From the NCBI RefSeq assembly GCF_009914755.1, contig NC_060929.1: a stretch of DNA of 64,000 nt; one strand, given 5' to 3'. This document shows, piece after piece, positions 13,764 through 28,425 of the stretch. Below the pieces are notes generated by a model. It was not told the origin of the DNA and ran no database searches. It saw only the letters and a program-made list of their open reading frames with translations. Every line of letters begins with the position of its first letter. Position 1 is the first letter of the stretch. The position numbers were made by a program, and so were the translations under genes. Origin of the DNA: the human T2T-CHM13v2.0 reference genome, Homo sapiens.

Positions 13764-14516
13764 AACATAAGTGTGCATGTGTCTTTATAGTAAAATGATT
13801 TATAATCCTTTGTGTATATACCTAGTAATGAGATTGCTGGGTCAAATGGTATTTCTGGTTCTAGGTCCTTGAGGAATCGCCACCCTGTCTTCCACAATGG
13901 TTGAACTAATTTACACTCCCACCAACAGTGTAAAAGCATTCCTATTTCTCCACATCCTCTCCAGCATCTGTTGTTTCCTGACTTTTTGATAAATGACATT
14001 TTAACTGGCATGAGATGGTATCTCATTGTGGTTTTGATTTGCATTTCTCTAATGACCAGTGACGATGAGCTTTTTTTCATTTATTGCAGCAGTATTCACA
14101 ATGGCAAAGACTTGGAAGCAACTCAAATGCCCATCAATGATGGATTGGATAAAGAAAATGTGGCACATATACACCAGGGAATACTACACAGCCATGAAAA
14201 AGGATGAGTTCATGTCCTTTGCAGGGACATGGATGAAGCTGGAAACCATCATTCTCAGCAAACTAACACAAGAACAGAAAACCAAACACCACATGTTCTC
14301 ACTCATAAGTGGGAATTGAAGAATGAGAACACATAGACACAGGGAGAGGAACATCACACACCAGGGCCTGTCATGCGGTGGGGGGCTGGGGGAGGGATAG
14401 CATTAAGAGACATACCAAATATAGATGATGGGTTGATGGGTGCAGCAAACCACCATGGCATGTGCATACCTATATAACAAACCTGCATGTTCTGCACATG
14501 TATCCCAGAACTTAAA

Positions 14517-14586
<70 letters not shown>
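13764..14586 (+). mobile_element. 5'-inverted L1PA (L1PA6-8-like), twin-priming structure
   Basis: 13764-14080 is antisense ORF2; 14081 onward is sense ORF2 end plus 3'UTR. TSD AGATATC(T/C)GGGCATTA at 13748-13763 and 14587-14602. Confidence 0.92.
14518..14585. repeat. (TA)n(GA)n compound microsatellite replacing the L1 tail
   Basis: Seen directly. Confidence 0.95.
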
Positions 14587-14589
<3 letters not shown>

Positions 14590-17500
14590 TATCCGGGCAT
14601 TAGGCCAGGTACCAGCAGTATAGAGAATGCTGAAAGGCCCACTATATGTAGAAAAGTCATTAAAATGTGTCTTTCTTTATTGTACTGATGCAGGATTTCA
14701 GTAAGGGACACCCATTAGGTGTGTGCAGTCCCCAACAAATAGTTTTTGTGCACCTCTGTGTGTATAAACAATTTGATTAAAATATATTACCTTTTTATGG
14801 GTCGAAGTGTGAAGATTTAGAATGATGGATAGGTGGAACATACTTAGGTTCATTGTCTGTGATCATTCTGGCTGCAGATGGGCACCGATTTTTATATAGC
14901 CCCTGTGTTCCCAGCGCTGGTATGTAGACCCTTACTTGAGTCTCTTTCTACCATCCTGTTAATTTCATTACCCATTTTCTATGCCCCACTTCCTAATCAT
15001 CATTCTCTAGCTCTTTGCAAGATTCTGTACAATTATCATCCAATTTTATTTGACAAACTAATGGTACTTGCAATAGAGACACCAGTTAGGAGACTATTAC
15101 AATAATCCAGGGATAGCTGATGGTGATCAGTTGTGTCAAATGCTACTGATAAGTGGCATAATATGAATACTGAGAAGTGATAATTGGATCATCGATCCTC
15201 TGTAGTTGTTCATGCTGGCTAATGAGTGAATACTGCACAGAGTGGCAATTCCTTGCTAAATCACTCATTCCGTATTTCCGCAGGTCTGGCCAATGCCTTT
15301 GTGCTTAAGGGCACACAATGTCTGAAACATAATGTTTAACTACCAGATGTGTTCATGCACCGTTTAGTTTTTATCTTTTGATAGCACCATGTGAAACATA
15401 TCAACATGGCAAATCTTCCTTTTTCACTGAGCCTGTTAGACTGATTCAATGGAGACCTTGGAGATTGGTTCAAATAAACCTTAAGTTATTGTTGCCTTCT
15501 TGCCAAGGGCTAGAAATGGAATTGATGATTTAGTCCGCAAGGTAAATTAAATAGGCAATGGAATTAGCAGAATGGTAGAAAGTGGCCCAACTAAGGATCT
15601 GGATACCAGGGGCTGTAAACAAGGGGACTATACAATAATCAGTAGCCCATCTACGGCCAGGGTGACCTCAACACTGAGCCACATATCTGATTCTGCAAGA
15701 AGTACCTACATGCCTTTTGCCTAGGACCATAGTTGATCTCAGAATGTGGAGCAATTCAAACTCATAAATAGAGGTAAATAAATACATTTGTCAGGCAGTT
15801 TCTGATGTCAGAACATGGTGCAGGAGGCAGTAGTTGTGGAATGACTGTAAGAATAGACTTAGAGCTAGTCCTTATTCCAGCAGATGTTTGTTTTACAAAC
15901 AGAAGGCTATTACTTGGTTTACATGAAGTAATATATGTGAAATATTTTACTATATAAATTTTAAATATGATAAAGCTATCTCATGATAGTTCAGGGAGCT
16001 GTATCTTTCATTTCTGTCATATATTTTATGGCATTTTCAGCTTTACTGAAGATATTTCTGGGAAATAAGGTATAGGGCTCAAAATAACAATCAAAGCTGA
16101 AGACAGTAGACTTTTCTTTACGTGTTTTATTTTCTTAAACTAATTTTAAAGAAATAACTAGAGAATTTGGTTCAGGTTATAAATAAGAAGCATCCAGGGA
16201 TAAGACCCAAGCATGAGTCAGCATGAGTCAGCAGTTCAGTAAGCCTGGGAACTGGAAATGAGTTGGAATGTAATAACTTCTATCACTTTAATATGAATAA
16301 AAGCTTTTGAACTCCTGAAATTTCAAATGCTTGTGGTTGTCTGTTTGAAGACAATTTTGTAATACAAAGTAATTCAGGGAAATATCTTCAGACAGGACAA
16401 AAAGTTGCTACTGTGTCAAATTAAAAGAAATATTTTATTTGAGTGACTCAAACAAGATGAAGTAAGAACTTCTATATGAAATCTTGGAGCATCCACAATC
16501 AGTGAAAGCTTGGATTGTCTAAAATGAAACTCAAAATAAACCATTTGAGGTGCAGATTTCAACAAATTTAATATTATCAAACAAGGGGAACTTTCAAGTC
16601 TCCAAACATTGTAATCATATAAAGAGGAGACCCAATTTTTTGAGGAAGATAATGACATTTTATTTCATTAATGTCTTCAAATCTATGAAATCTGGGTACT
16701 ACGGTGATGATGGGAAAGATCTCAGAGTTCACTGCTGTGAATTCCTGTCATAGAAAAGCAAACAAACAAGCAAGTAATTATCTATTACCAACTATCAAGC
16801 TAATTAGAGATGAAAACAGGGACATAGAAAAAGTATAAATTATAAGTGATAGTAATATTCCAAGTGATAGTCACAGACCAATCAGAATGGGCAGCACGAT
16901 CATTCAGAACGGACGCCAACTATAGCTAACCAGTAGGGCAATACTGGTAAGTATTTGTTGAATATTTGTCCAGGTTATGAGTAAATTCATCTAGCAAATT
17001 AAAAATATTAATATAAGTCAAACTTTAACTAAGTTAACTAAGTAACTCTCCCTTTCATGTACAAAAATTGTATTTATCTCTATAAGTTGAGATTTGATCA
17101 CTGTCTCAGAAGCAATTTGGAAAAACATACTAATTTTTTAGATTGATGAGAAAGAATTAAATTATAAAATTTTTAAAAAATAAGCAAAATAATTCAGATG
17201 GGATAAACATCAAGTAGCAATGATTCCTCAGAGCTTTTTTATGTGTGGTAGCTACTTATTTGGCTATAGTATAAGACTCAGAAACTGGCTCAGTTTGTAG
17301 GATATCTTCAACAGAGGGGCCTTAACTAGAGTATATGCTCTCCTATGTCTTTGAGTAATGTTCTGTGGTTTGTTTTGAATGCTTAGTTAGGGAGATAGGA
17401 TCAGCATCATCAGTTCTTTATTTATGGTGTTCTAACTCTAAAAGCAGCAAATTGGAATCACTGATGTGGCAGCTGATATCTTTCCCCATGTCTAAATCAT

Positions 17501-17896
17501 ATTGTTGGCGGTAAATTAGATCTTGATGATCCTGGACATATTCCCAAGCCTCTTCTGATCTACTTGTGTTGTTGGCCAGTGCTAAGATAACAAGAGTTAA
17601 TAAGTCACAATAAGCCATTCATCTGAACAGGGAATTGTGAAGAAAGCACTGTAGAGGGGGAGTTTAGAAACAAGCAGGAGCGCCTTTTTTTTTTTTAACT
17701 CTTACGTTTCAGTCTGAAAGGCTTTTGGATTTTATACATTGTTACATACTTACAAACTACACAAGACCTATTCTATTTTTTTATTCTAATAAAGTATGGA
17801 AGTATGATGTACTTAAACATAGGTAAAATTCAGTCTTGCGAGATGAAAAAAGTGAATGTACTTAGCACTACCGAACAGCGTACTTAAAAACGGTTA

Positions 17897-18224
<328 letters not shown>

Positions 18225-18938
18225 TTATATGTATTTTACCACTTTTAAAATGCTGAAAAAATAGGCAAAAGGTAGCCAAAAAGCAATGATATATGTTTGG
18301 AAACTTTTAACTTACTTCACTCATGGAAGTTCCTACAAAGAGTGTAAAATATCTTTAGTTATGTAACTTCTTAGACAGTCAGCCCCTTTAAAGCACTCAT
18401 AGTAACTTATTTCCTGTAGGTTGGTTACATGAAGAGGAGGATTTTGTTTGTTGGGTTCAAGAACGATGTGTCCCCAGTGTCTAGAAAAGTGCCTGGCACA
18501 GAGAAACCACTCAATAAATATGAGGCCACATTTCTTATTGTCTAGTAGTACATGTTATCTGCTAAAAATTAAAAAAAGAGAATATATATATATTATTATG
18601 ACTACATTCTAGAAGACATTTATTATAAGGCACTGTTTTTTAAACATAACACACAGTCCATTTCAACTTTTTTTTTTTTTTTTTTTTAATGAAGACACCC
18701 TTTACATGCCCATTCCAGTATCTCCCAAATCAACATTCCACACCATTCACTGCTCTCGGGAAATTTAGCAGATGTGTTGAGCACAAAAGAATTTTGGATT
18801 CCAGCAAGATTGGGAAACTGGATTATACCTTCCCACTTTTCTTCACAGCAGGAAATTTCATGACTTTTATTTACCCAATGAGCACTGAGTACGCCTCAAA
18901 AGAGGAACTCCAATATGCTTCCCAAAACTTTTAAATCA

Positions 18939-19263
<325 letters not shown>

Positions 19264-21834
19264 AAATCATACAGTATTGAGAATGTGTACAAGACTTGTT
19301 AAATATTTCCTGAAAAGAATGTTTCCCAGGCAGAGTATTCCAAAGAGTTTAAAAAATACTGCCTCATCTAAAAACCAGAGGGTTGATTCTAAGTCAGTGA
19401 TGCCATCTGTTAGGTGGAGCCATGTTAAACAACTAGTTAGTTGGCTGATGTCACTCAGAGAGATGTCTTCCCTTTGGACAATCTAATCAAAGACAGTTTT
19501 ATAATTTACAGAGTGGCAAAGAAATGCATAAATCCCCTTTCAGTATTAATTTAGCCTTCTGACAGTGAGATATGCTTGGAGAAACAGCATTCTTAGGGCT
19601 ATTCATTTTCAAGTCATATACATTCTCCTAGCAGTCTTCCTTCCTGCTATTTTTATCATAACTCTCCAATATTCATTTGCAAAGATAAACACAGTTGCCG
19701 TATTTCTAATCTTAAGCCATTTATTTCAGTTAAGTTTCTGCAAAGTGAGACTAGTGGTTTTTTGTTGAGGATCAAGTAGAAAAACATGTTATGTGGTGTC
19801 ATGTTTTTGTATTATATTTAAAATATATCTCAAAAAGATTTAGGTATAATTAAATTCTCTAGTTAATGTATACTCCAAAAATTCTGTTTAAATTGATGCT
19901 AGTAAGATGCAGCTGAAATTTAAATCTAGGTTTGCTGAGCTGAGTTTTGATTCTCCTTTCATTGGGCTACAGCTATTTGCACTCTTGCTAAAAATATGAT
20001 GTAATTCAAGCAATTCAGTCAATGTAGTTTTGTGATGAAATCTTAGAAAAGGGAATTGTCAGATCAAAGGAAACATACATTAAAAATTTTGATATATAGT
20101 GTCAAAATCTTTCCAAAGGCTGAGTCAGTTACATTTTTCATGTGGGAGTTTTTGTTTATTCATGCCCTAGACAACTATGTATATTACTAGATATTAAAAG
20201 TTTTTAACAAATTGTTCCTCCAGTAGTTTAGATTTCTTAAGTGGTAAGTTATTTTGAGGACTTTGCAATGTTTTTTTAGACATGTATAGTTCTATTTTTA
20301 TAAAATATCTTGTCTTTCTGTTCCTTTTACAAGAACTATTAGTTTCGAGACTGTCTCCAAAAAAAAAAAAAAAAGGTTTTTCTTATTGGTTTGTAAAATC
20401 TCATTGTATCTTAAAAATTAGCCTTAATTTATTGACATATAACTTAGTGTGGAATCAAATTTATACTCATGATAACACTCTTCCTAGTCACTTGCATGCC
20501 TCTATATATTCTTTAGTAGGAAAGAAGGGTACAGAAGTTATAGCTAACACACTGGGAATTCAACATAACTGGTGTATTTCATCTGTGCCTTTCTTTGCCT
20601 GTAGCACTATTTGCTTTATTTCCCATCAGAACTTTCTTTTTTGTCGAAATATGGATATGCTCATGGGAAAGTGTTACACATGGAAAAGTCATCTGCTATG
20701 AATGCCACAGAAGAAAACAATTCGAGAAATATTTATCTAGCATTTTATCCCTTTTTCCAGTTTGGAGTGGGGAGGGGGGCTGGATAGAGGTAAACAGAAG
20801 GAAGTGGGAGAGAACTCAGATGTATAGAGGTCAGATGACTTAAGAATCACGAGATTCAACAAAACCAAAGAGAGAGACGCTTTAGATTCCTTAAATTTTC
20901 ACCCCTTCCCTGATACATTAGTTCTGTTGCCCTGGCATTCCATTTCTTCTTCAGATGCAAGCAAGAAAAAACAGCATCCTAAGAAGCTCCACAGCATTCT
21001 TGATATGGTTTCCCATAAAACCCCCTTGATAATTAGCTAATATGAAGCATTCACATGAGTTTATTTGGGAATTGGCTGATGTTTTGTTTTCCCTGTTGCT
21101 GCTGTTGAAATAGTTTGAGTCTGAAATCATTATGGCTGTGGTTACATTTCTTTGGCCAGAGGATGTTGTGAAAGCCTCCATCACCACAGAAACAGATGAA
21201 TATTCCCCTGCTCATACTGGAAAAAAGTGAATTGGTGACAGCAGCTCAAGCTGCTACATGGGAGGCCTTGAGCCATGACTTGGGCTCGTGAGTTCATGTA
21301 CCCAAACACAATGATCCATTTCCTCTCCTGCTGGACCCAGGATCCTTTGTGCACTGACCAATATTTGCAAAATTTTTTTAAAATTATTTTTCAGATTTCT
21401 GATGGCTTTTGTAAAGAAAGGATGTTCTCATTTATCCCGTCTGGAAAAAGAAACCTCTTTAATGAAGCTGAGGATTAAAATTCCTACGTTCTGATTTTTC
21501 GAGTTGTAATCTTTCCACTCCTGTTCCAAAATAATGAATGTAATAACACAAGATTTATAAACACAAATAAGCAAAAAACAACAAAAAAAGAAATGACTCA
21601 CTATGTCAGCAAGGCCATATTAATCCTGTTGACATTGTAGTGAATAGATAGTTTCTTTTATATAAACTTATGTTTTAAGATCTTTAAAAGCCTTGGTTTA
21701 ATTAAAGGTAACAAAAAAGAACAAAGGATCAATGATTTTAATATATACAGATAACATAGTATTTTGTGATTACTATAAATTATATGAATTTATATGAATC
21801 ATTCATCTTTATGATATTAAAAAAATCAAATATG

Positions 21835-22116
21835 GGCCGGGTGCAAGTGACTCATGCCTGTAATACCAGCACTTTGGGAGGCCGAGGCAAATCACCCGAG
21901 GCCAGAAGTTTGAGACCAGCCTGGCCAACATGGTGAAACCCCATCTCTACAAAAAAATTAACTGGGTGTGGTAGTGAACGCCTGTAATCCCAGCTACTCG
22001 GGAGGCCGAGGCAGAAGAATCACTTGAACCAGGAAGCGGAGGTTGCAGTAAGCCAAGATCATGCCACTGCACTCCAGCCTGGGCAACAAAGCAAGACTCT
22101 GTCTAAAAAGAAAAAC
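21835..22116 (+). mobile_element. AluS with small deletions
   Basis: TSD AAAATCAAATATG (21822-21834, 22117-22129). Confidence 0.93.
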
Positions 22117-22184
22117 AAAATCAAATATGCAATGCAGCAGTGTGGCTGAACTCGGCTAACTTCAGAAGATAGGTCTTAGTTTGG

Positions 22185-22831
<647 letters not shown>

Positions 22832-23527
22832 TTCGGCTATTCAGTTAACTCAGTCATGAGTCTTTTGTTAAACGTCAGTTAGCTTCTCTAAGCCTTAATT
22901 TGCCCATCTCTAAAATGAGGCTTGTTGATCTCTCAGCTCTTTCTAAAATCCATGCGTACATGTTTCTGCTCAAAAGCAAATGTTTAGGAAATCTCCATAC
23001 CCACAATCCCAATTTTGTAAGTGAAAAGACTAGTTAGAAGAGCTTAATTTACCATCTCAGAAACATAAACAATGTCCAATTAAGTGTTATTTTTAGTCAC
23101 AGATAGCTTTTGTTTTTTGAGAAAATCGAGAAAACGACTCTTTCATTGCAAGGATGCTATCTGTTGCATAGTTTAATATTTTCTTTTAAAATGTGGTCAC
23201 AGTCCTGAAAGTCTTCTGACATATAGTAAGATAGTATCTTTGTTTTCCTTGTAAAGAATGGTTTCATTATTTTTATTTTAAAAATAGAAGTTCTTCAAAC
23301 AAAATTCAAACAATTCCAAGAAATTACAAAAAAAGATGTGAAAAATGACCTCAAATGCCACTACAATAAAATAACTAGTATTAGCATTTGTGCACATCTT
23401 TATAAGTATTTTCTGAGAATTAGTATATAGGAAGAGATAGACTAACAGGAAGGCAGAAAGGAAGGATGACAAAAATACGTAGGATGTATATTCCAGCTGT
23501 ATAGCATTGATTTTATAATATTGTGGT

Positions 23528-24395
23528 CTTTCTTTAACTTTCATTTTAGGTTCAGGGGTAGATATGGAGGTTCATTACATACATAAATTGTATGTTGTCA
23601 GGGTTTGGTACACAGATTATTTCATCATTCAGCTAATCAGCATAGTACCTAATAGGTATGAATAGATTTTCAATCCTCGCCCTCATCCCACTCTTCACTC
23701 TCAAGTAGGCTCCAATGTCTGTTGTTCCCTTCTTTGTGACCATGTGTACTCAGTGTTTACCCTCCCTTATAAGTGAAAACACATGATTTTTGGTTTTCTG
23801 CTCCTGTGTTAGTTTGCTTAGTATAATGGCCTCCAGCACCATCCATGTTGTTGCAAAGACAGGATCTAATTCTTTTTTATGGTTGCGTAGTATTCCATGC
23901 TGTTTATGTACTACATTTTCTTTATCCAGTCTATCACTGCTGGACATTTAGGTTGAGTATATGCCTTTGATATTGTGAATAGTGCTTCAGTGAACATACA
24001 TGTGTCTTTCTAGCAGAATGACTTGTATTCCTTTGGGTACATGCCCAGTAATGGGTTGCTGGGTCCAATGGTAATTCTCAGTTCTTTGAGAAATTACCAA
24101 ACTGCTTTCCACAATGGCTGAACTAATTAACATTCCCACTAGCAGTGTATAAACATTTGTTTTTATCCACAACCTCATAAATATCTGTTTTTATTTTTTT
24201 TAAATTTTTAACAATAGCAAGTGTGACTGGTGTGAGATGGCATCTTATTATTGTTTTGATTTGCATCCCTCTAATGATTAGTGATGTTGAGCATTGTTCC
24301 ATATGCTTGTTGTCCAGGTGTTTGTCTTCTTTTGAAAACTGTCTGTTCATGTCCTTTGTCCACTTTTTAATAAGGTTGTTTTTTACTTGTAAATT
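23528..24395 (-). mobile_element. 5'-truncated old L1P 3' end (L1PB/L1PA16-like)
   Basis: Frameshifted ORF2 C-terminus (IKKWTKDMNRQFSKED; EAIILSKLTQEQKTK) plus 3'UTR. Confidence 0.88.
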
Positions 24396-24539
24396 CATTA
24401 TGTACTATTTTAATAAAATTTTGAAGTTCATTTTTTTTTAATCTCATGGGATACACAAACTGAATTTGAAGTTCAGGAAACCCTGAACTGTTAAATATTT
24501 GTCAAAATTTTAATTGATTCAATAATTATCATCAATTTT

Positions 24540-26500
24540 TTTTTCCAAAGCTTCTCCAATTTTTAGTATTTTATTTTAATTCATCTCTTGATTAGCCAGA
24601 TTCTAGCATCCATGTAATTTTTCAAGAAGGGCTCAGATCGCTATAGTCCCCCAACTTTCTTACTTAAAAATCATCAAAGTCTTACCTTTATGCTTGAATT
24701 ATGATTTTGGTAGCTAAAATTATGAAATAAGATTTTTCCTCTCTGAATTCTATGTTTAATAGTTATAGTTGCTTTGTATCATGTCACTAAATGTCACTGA
24801 TAATGATTGTAAGTACTTAGAACAATGCCTGAAATGCATATAAAAAACCCTATGTCAATGTTTTTTAATAGAGTCTGAGACCAGACTTTTTGAAACACCT
24901 TTATAGTATTGCTTAGTTTGTCAGGAGGCTTGAAGATATATATATATAATGTTTTAGTGAATTGAGCAGGATCTTCCACACTATCTAGTATTCTGCGTTA
25001 GTATTTGTTGGAAGAAAATACACCATTTCAAAAAATAGATTACTTTTTCTCTTTATTTTAGGGAATTTTCTTCTACCGTCTTTCTGAGTGCTTTTTCCCA
25101 TTGCATTTATTGATGTCTCCATTTCAGTGACACCAATTTTGCTTAAACTGTTACAATTGTTTTTCTTCCGTATCAATAAACATCCTACCTCTTAAATATT
25201 TGTGTATTTTGCTCCTCTGTTTATGCGGTTAACCTAAGCCTTTCCGTATAAGCAAAAGTTTAGTCAAGAATGTTTTTCCTCTTCTTGTTGTTTCTAATTA
25301 ATTTATTAAGTACATGGGCAAGACTGTTGCTTTCATTCTTAAGATGTTTCTATAACCCTGTAATCATTATTTTTATTCTATTATTTTATCATCATTTCTT
25401 CTATATCCAAGTCTTATTGAAACCATGCTTTTATAGTGCTCACAAGGGGACCTACTTCTGTTCCCTGCATTACGTTTTTTCTAAAAATTTTTCCTGTGTT
25501 TTTTCTACTTCTTGTTCCCCCCACCCCCTAGCTAATTTCTCCCCCTCTCTCCCTTCTCTAGTGCATTTGCATCGTTATCAATTCTTTTCATTTTGCTCAG
25601 GCTTGTTTCGTGGAGCTTTGTCAAAAGCTTTAACTTGTTCTGGAATTGTATGGATAAAATCTATTTGGCACTCTTTCTGGATCATCTGGGAAGATTCTTG
25701 GCTACAGATTGAAGACTTGTAATTATTTGTGGCAATATTCATAGGCTGAGAATGTGAACCTTGTGGAAACAGAAAGAGAGATCAGCTTGAAACTGCCCTT
25801 GGCAAGGGAAAGAGACTTGGGCTGTGCTCTAATTTCTTCTAATCTTTCTTTAAAAGCCTGTTCCACCTGATTAGGGGTGCATCCTATTTCTGTGATCTTT
25901 AGCTCAGTCTCTAAAAACATGGCAAAGCCTGTGGATGAATAGTCAAGATATGCTATTTAGTGCTGAAGCCTTAATACCCTAACTCCCAATATTTCTTATT
26001 TACAACAAAGTCTGATGAACTTTTCTCTTTATTAATGCCTCCTACAGTCTCAGCTGATGTTTCCTTCAATCTCAGCTGATATCCATGGTGGTATGTAAGA
26101 CCTGCTACTCTTAGGATTCTTCAATTTTTTCCTCAGGTTTGTGTTCAAAATCTCATTTTGTTCAATTTTTTTTTCAAACACTGGGCTGCAAGGCTACATT
26201 CTCAATATTTTGTTTAAGAATTTTCTCTTTTAAATGCTACTTCCAGGAAACATTGGGAATGGAGTCATACTGTACTAGAATCTTCCATTCTTTTCCTTGA
26301 CAACCATTTTTCAAGTGGTATTTGGTCCTACCTATCTCTGAGTGAATTTGAATTGAGATTTTATATATACACTTTTTTTTAACAGTTTTTTTAAGTATTC
26401 ATGTAAGTGTTGGGAGAGAAAATTTCTCTATCCTGGTTTTATTCTGCCAACTGTTTCTTGAAATTAAAATGGTGTGTTTTTTTTCTTTGTAATTTTCTTC
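24540..26500 (-). mobile_element. Probable ancient L1ME-like remnants
   Basis: T-rich sequence with decayed antisense-ORF1-like patches. Weak. Confidence 0.35.
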
Positions 26501-26850
26501 CTTAATCCTTTTCTTTTTTCATGTTTTTATGTTATTATACGTTAACTTATTGTAAATTAATATAATAACATGATTTTTAAAACTACAAACTTGATTAAAA
26601 GGCACATCTTATTTCTATTCTCTATCCTGCAAATTCCCACCCACCTCCCATAAATAATAACTGCCATAACCGCACATATATATTTTCAAATGTTACTTAT
26701 GCATATAAAAGAACAAATAACTATAGAATTTATATTTTCTACTTTACACAAAACATGCCATGTTATGTACTCTGTCATGCTTATTATTTTTTCAATGTTT
26801 TAGAGAGTTTTTCACATTGGAACATAGAAAGCGCCTTCATTATCTTTTTA

Positions 26851-27552
26851 AAATTTTTTATTTAAAGTTAATGGGTACATGTGCAGGTTTATTATTTAGG
26901 TAAACTTGTGTCATGGGGATTTTTTGTACAGATAATTTCATCACCAGGTATTAAGCCTAGTACCCATTAGTTATTTTTCCTAATTCTTTTTCTCCTCCCA
27001 ACCTCCAGTGGGTCCCAGTGTGTGTTGTTCCCTTGTATCTGTCCAAGTGTTGTCATCTTTCTGCTCCCACTTATAAGTGAGAACATGTGATACTTGGCTT
27101 TCTGTTCCTGCGTTGGTTTGCTAAGGATAATGGCTTCCAGTTCCATCCATGTCCTGACAAAGGATATGATCTTGTTCTTTTTATGGCTGCATAGTATTTC
27201 ATAGTGTGTATGTACCACATTTTCTTTATCCAGTCTATTATTGATGGGCATTTAGGTTGATTCCATGTTTTTACTATTCTAAATAGTGCTGCAATGAACA
27301 TATGTGTGCATGTGTCTTTATAACAGAACCATTTATAGTCCTTTGGGTACACACCCAGTAATGGGATTGCTGGGTTGAAAGGTATTTCTGTCTTTAGGTC
27401 TTTGAAGAATGGCCACACTGTCTTCCACAACAGTTGAACTAATTTACACTACCACTAATGGCCAAGATGGCTGACTAGAAGCAGCTAATATGCGTGGCTC
27501 TAATGGAGAGGAACAGAAGGGGTGAGTAAATACAGCACCTTCAACTGAACCA
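26851..27552 (-). mobile_element. Old L1P 3' end (minus) fused to an inverted L1 5'-terminal ~95 nt
   Basis: 26851-27458 is antisense 3'UTR/ORF2 end. 27459-27552 GGCCAAGATGGCTGACTAGAAGCAGC...CACCTTCAACTGAA is an L1 5' end in plus orientation. Flanks TCATTAT(C/T)TTTT. Confidence 0.8.
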
Positions 27553-27818
27553 TCATTATTTTTTAGAACAGCATCAAACTCCACCTTATGCATATGTCAT
27601 AACTTGTCTTCTATTGGTAGACATTTGTTTTGATTTTAATATTCTGATGTTATAAATAATATTAAAAACATTATGCACAGTTTTAAGTTTGATGTTCATA
27701 GAGGTTTAATAGTTTACATTCTCCATCAACTATGTATGCGTGTCTGCCTATGACTTCACCAATAGAGTTTATCAAACTTTTAGATTATTTCATCATTTGA
27801 TAAGTGAAAAGTGGTATG

Positions 27819-28425
27819 CAGTAAATCCTCGCTTAACCTCATCAATAAGTTCTTGGCAACGTTTACATTAGGCAAAATGACACATAATGAACAAAACCAA
27901 TTTTATCCTAGGCTAATCGATATAAACAAGAGTTAAGTTCCTATGACATATTTCTGTTCACAAAAATGTCACCAAACTTCTAAATAAAGACCAAAACATT
28001 TCTGATATTAAACATTGAAATAAATTTCAGCTATACATGCATTTAAGAAAGATTAATAAAAACAAGTGAGATAATGATTTGCCCAGTTGTCCCAGTTCTG
28101 GGTGGGGTTGGCCAGATTCTGTCTTGGCAGGTCAGGGTGCAGAGTGGGAGCCAATCCTGGCCAGGACGCCATCACACTGCAGGGCACACTCACATCCACA
28201 CCCACACTGGCTCTGAATGGGATCCTGTAGACGCACCGATTCACCCAACATCAAGATCTTTGGAATGTAGAGGAAACCGGACTCCCCAGAGAAAACCCAC
28301 ACAGACAGGCAGAGAACTGGTAGACTCCACACAGACAGTGGCCCCAGCCGAAAATCAGTTTTACTTTCTAGAATGCTTATAAAGAAACAGCATTGAATGA
28401 AACAATGTTATTAGAGGACCTGCTG
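27819..28425. mobile_element. MER82-like TcMar-Tigger non-autonomous DNA transposon
   Basis: Ends CAGTAAATCCTC... and ...GAGGACCTGCTG-TA (imperfect TIRs). Interior matches recalled MER82. Confidence 0.8.

Larger units (their letters stand above)
13425..15200 (-). mobile_element. L2 remnants, interrupted by an L1PA
   Basis: CATTCCTTCAACAAGTAT...GGAGCTTATAT...GAAGGTGACATCTGAG, and GGAGACTATTACAATAATCCAGG. Boundaries approximate. Confidence 0.55.

Noticed and set aside
17418-17622. Minus-strand 66-aa ORF behind a plausible splice acceptor
   Set aside because: No matching donor was seen and no homology recognised. It may be an ancient LINE remnant or chance.
18667-18934. Poly(T) followed by unique sequence as a possible processed pseudogene
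   Set aside because: No suitably placed poly(A) signal, no TSD and no recognisable parent.
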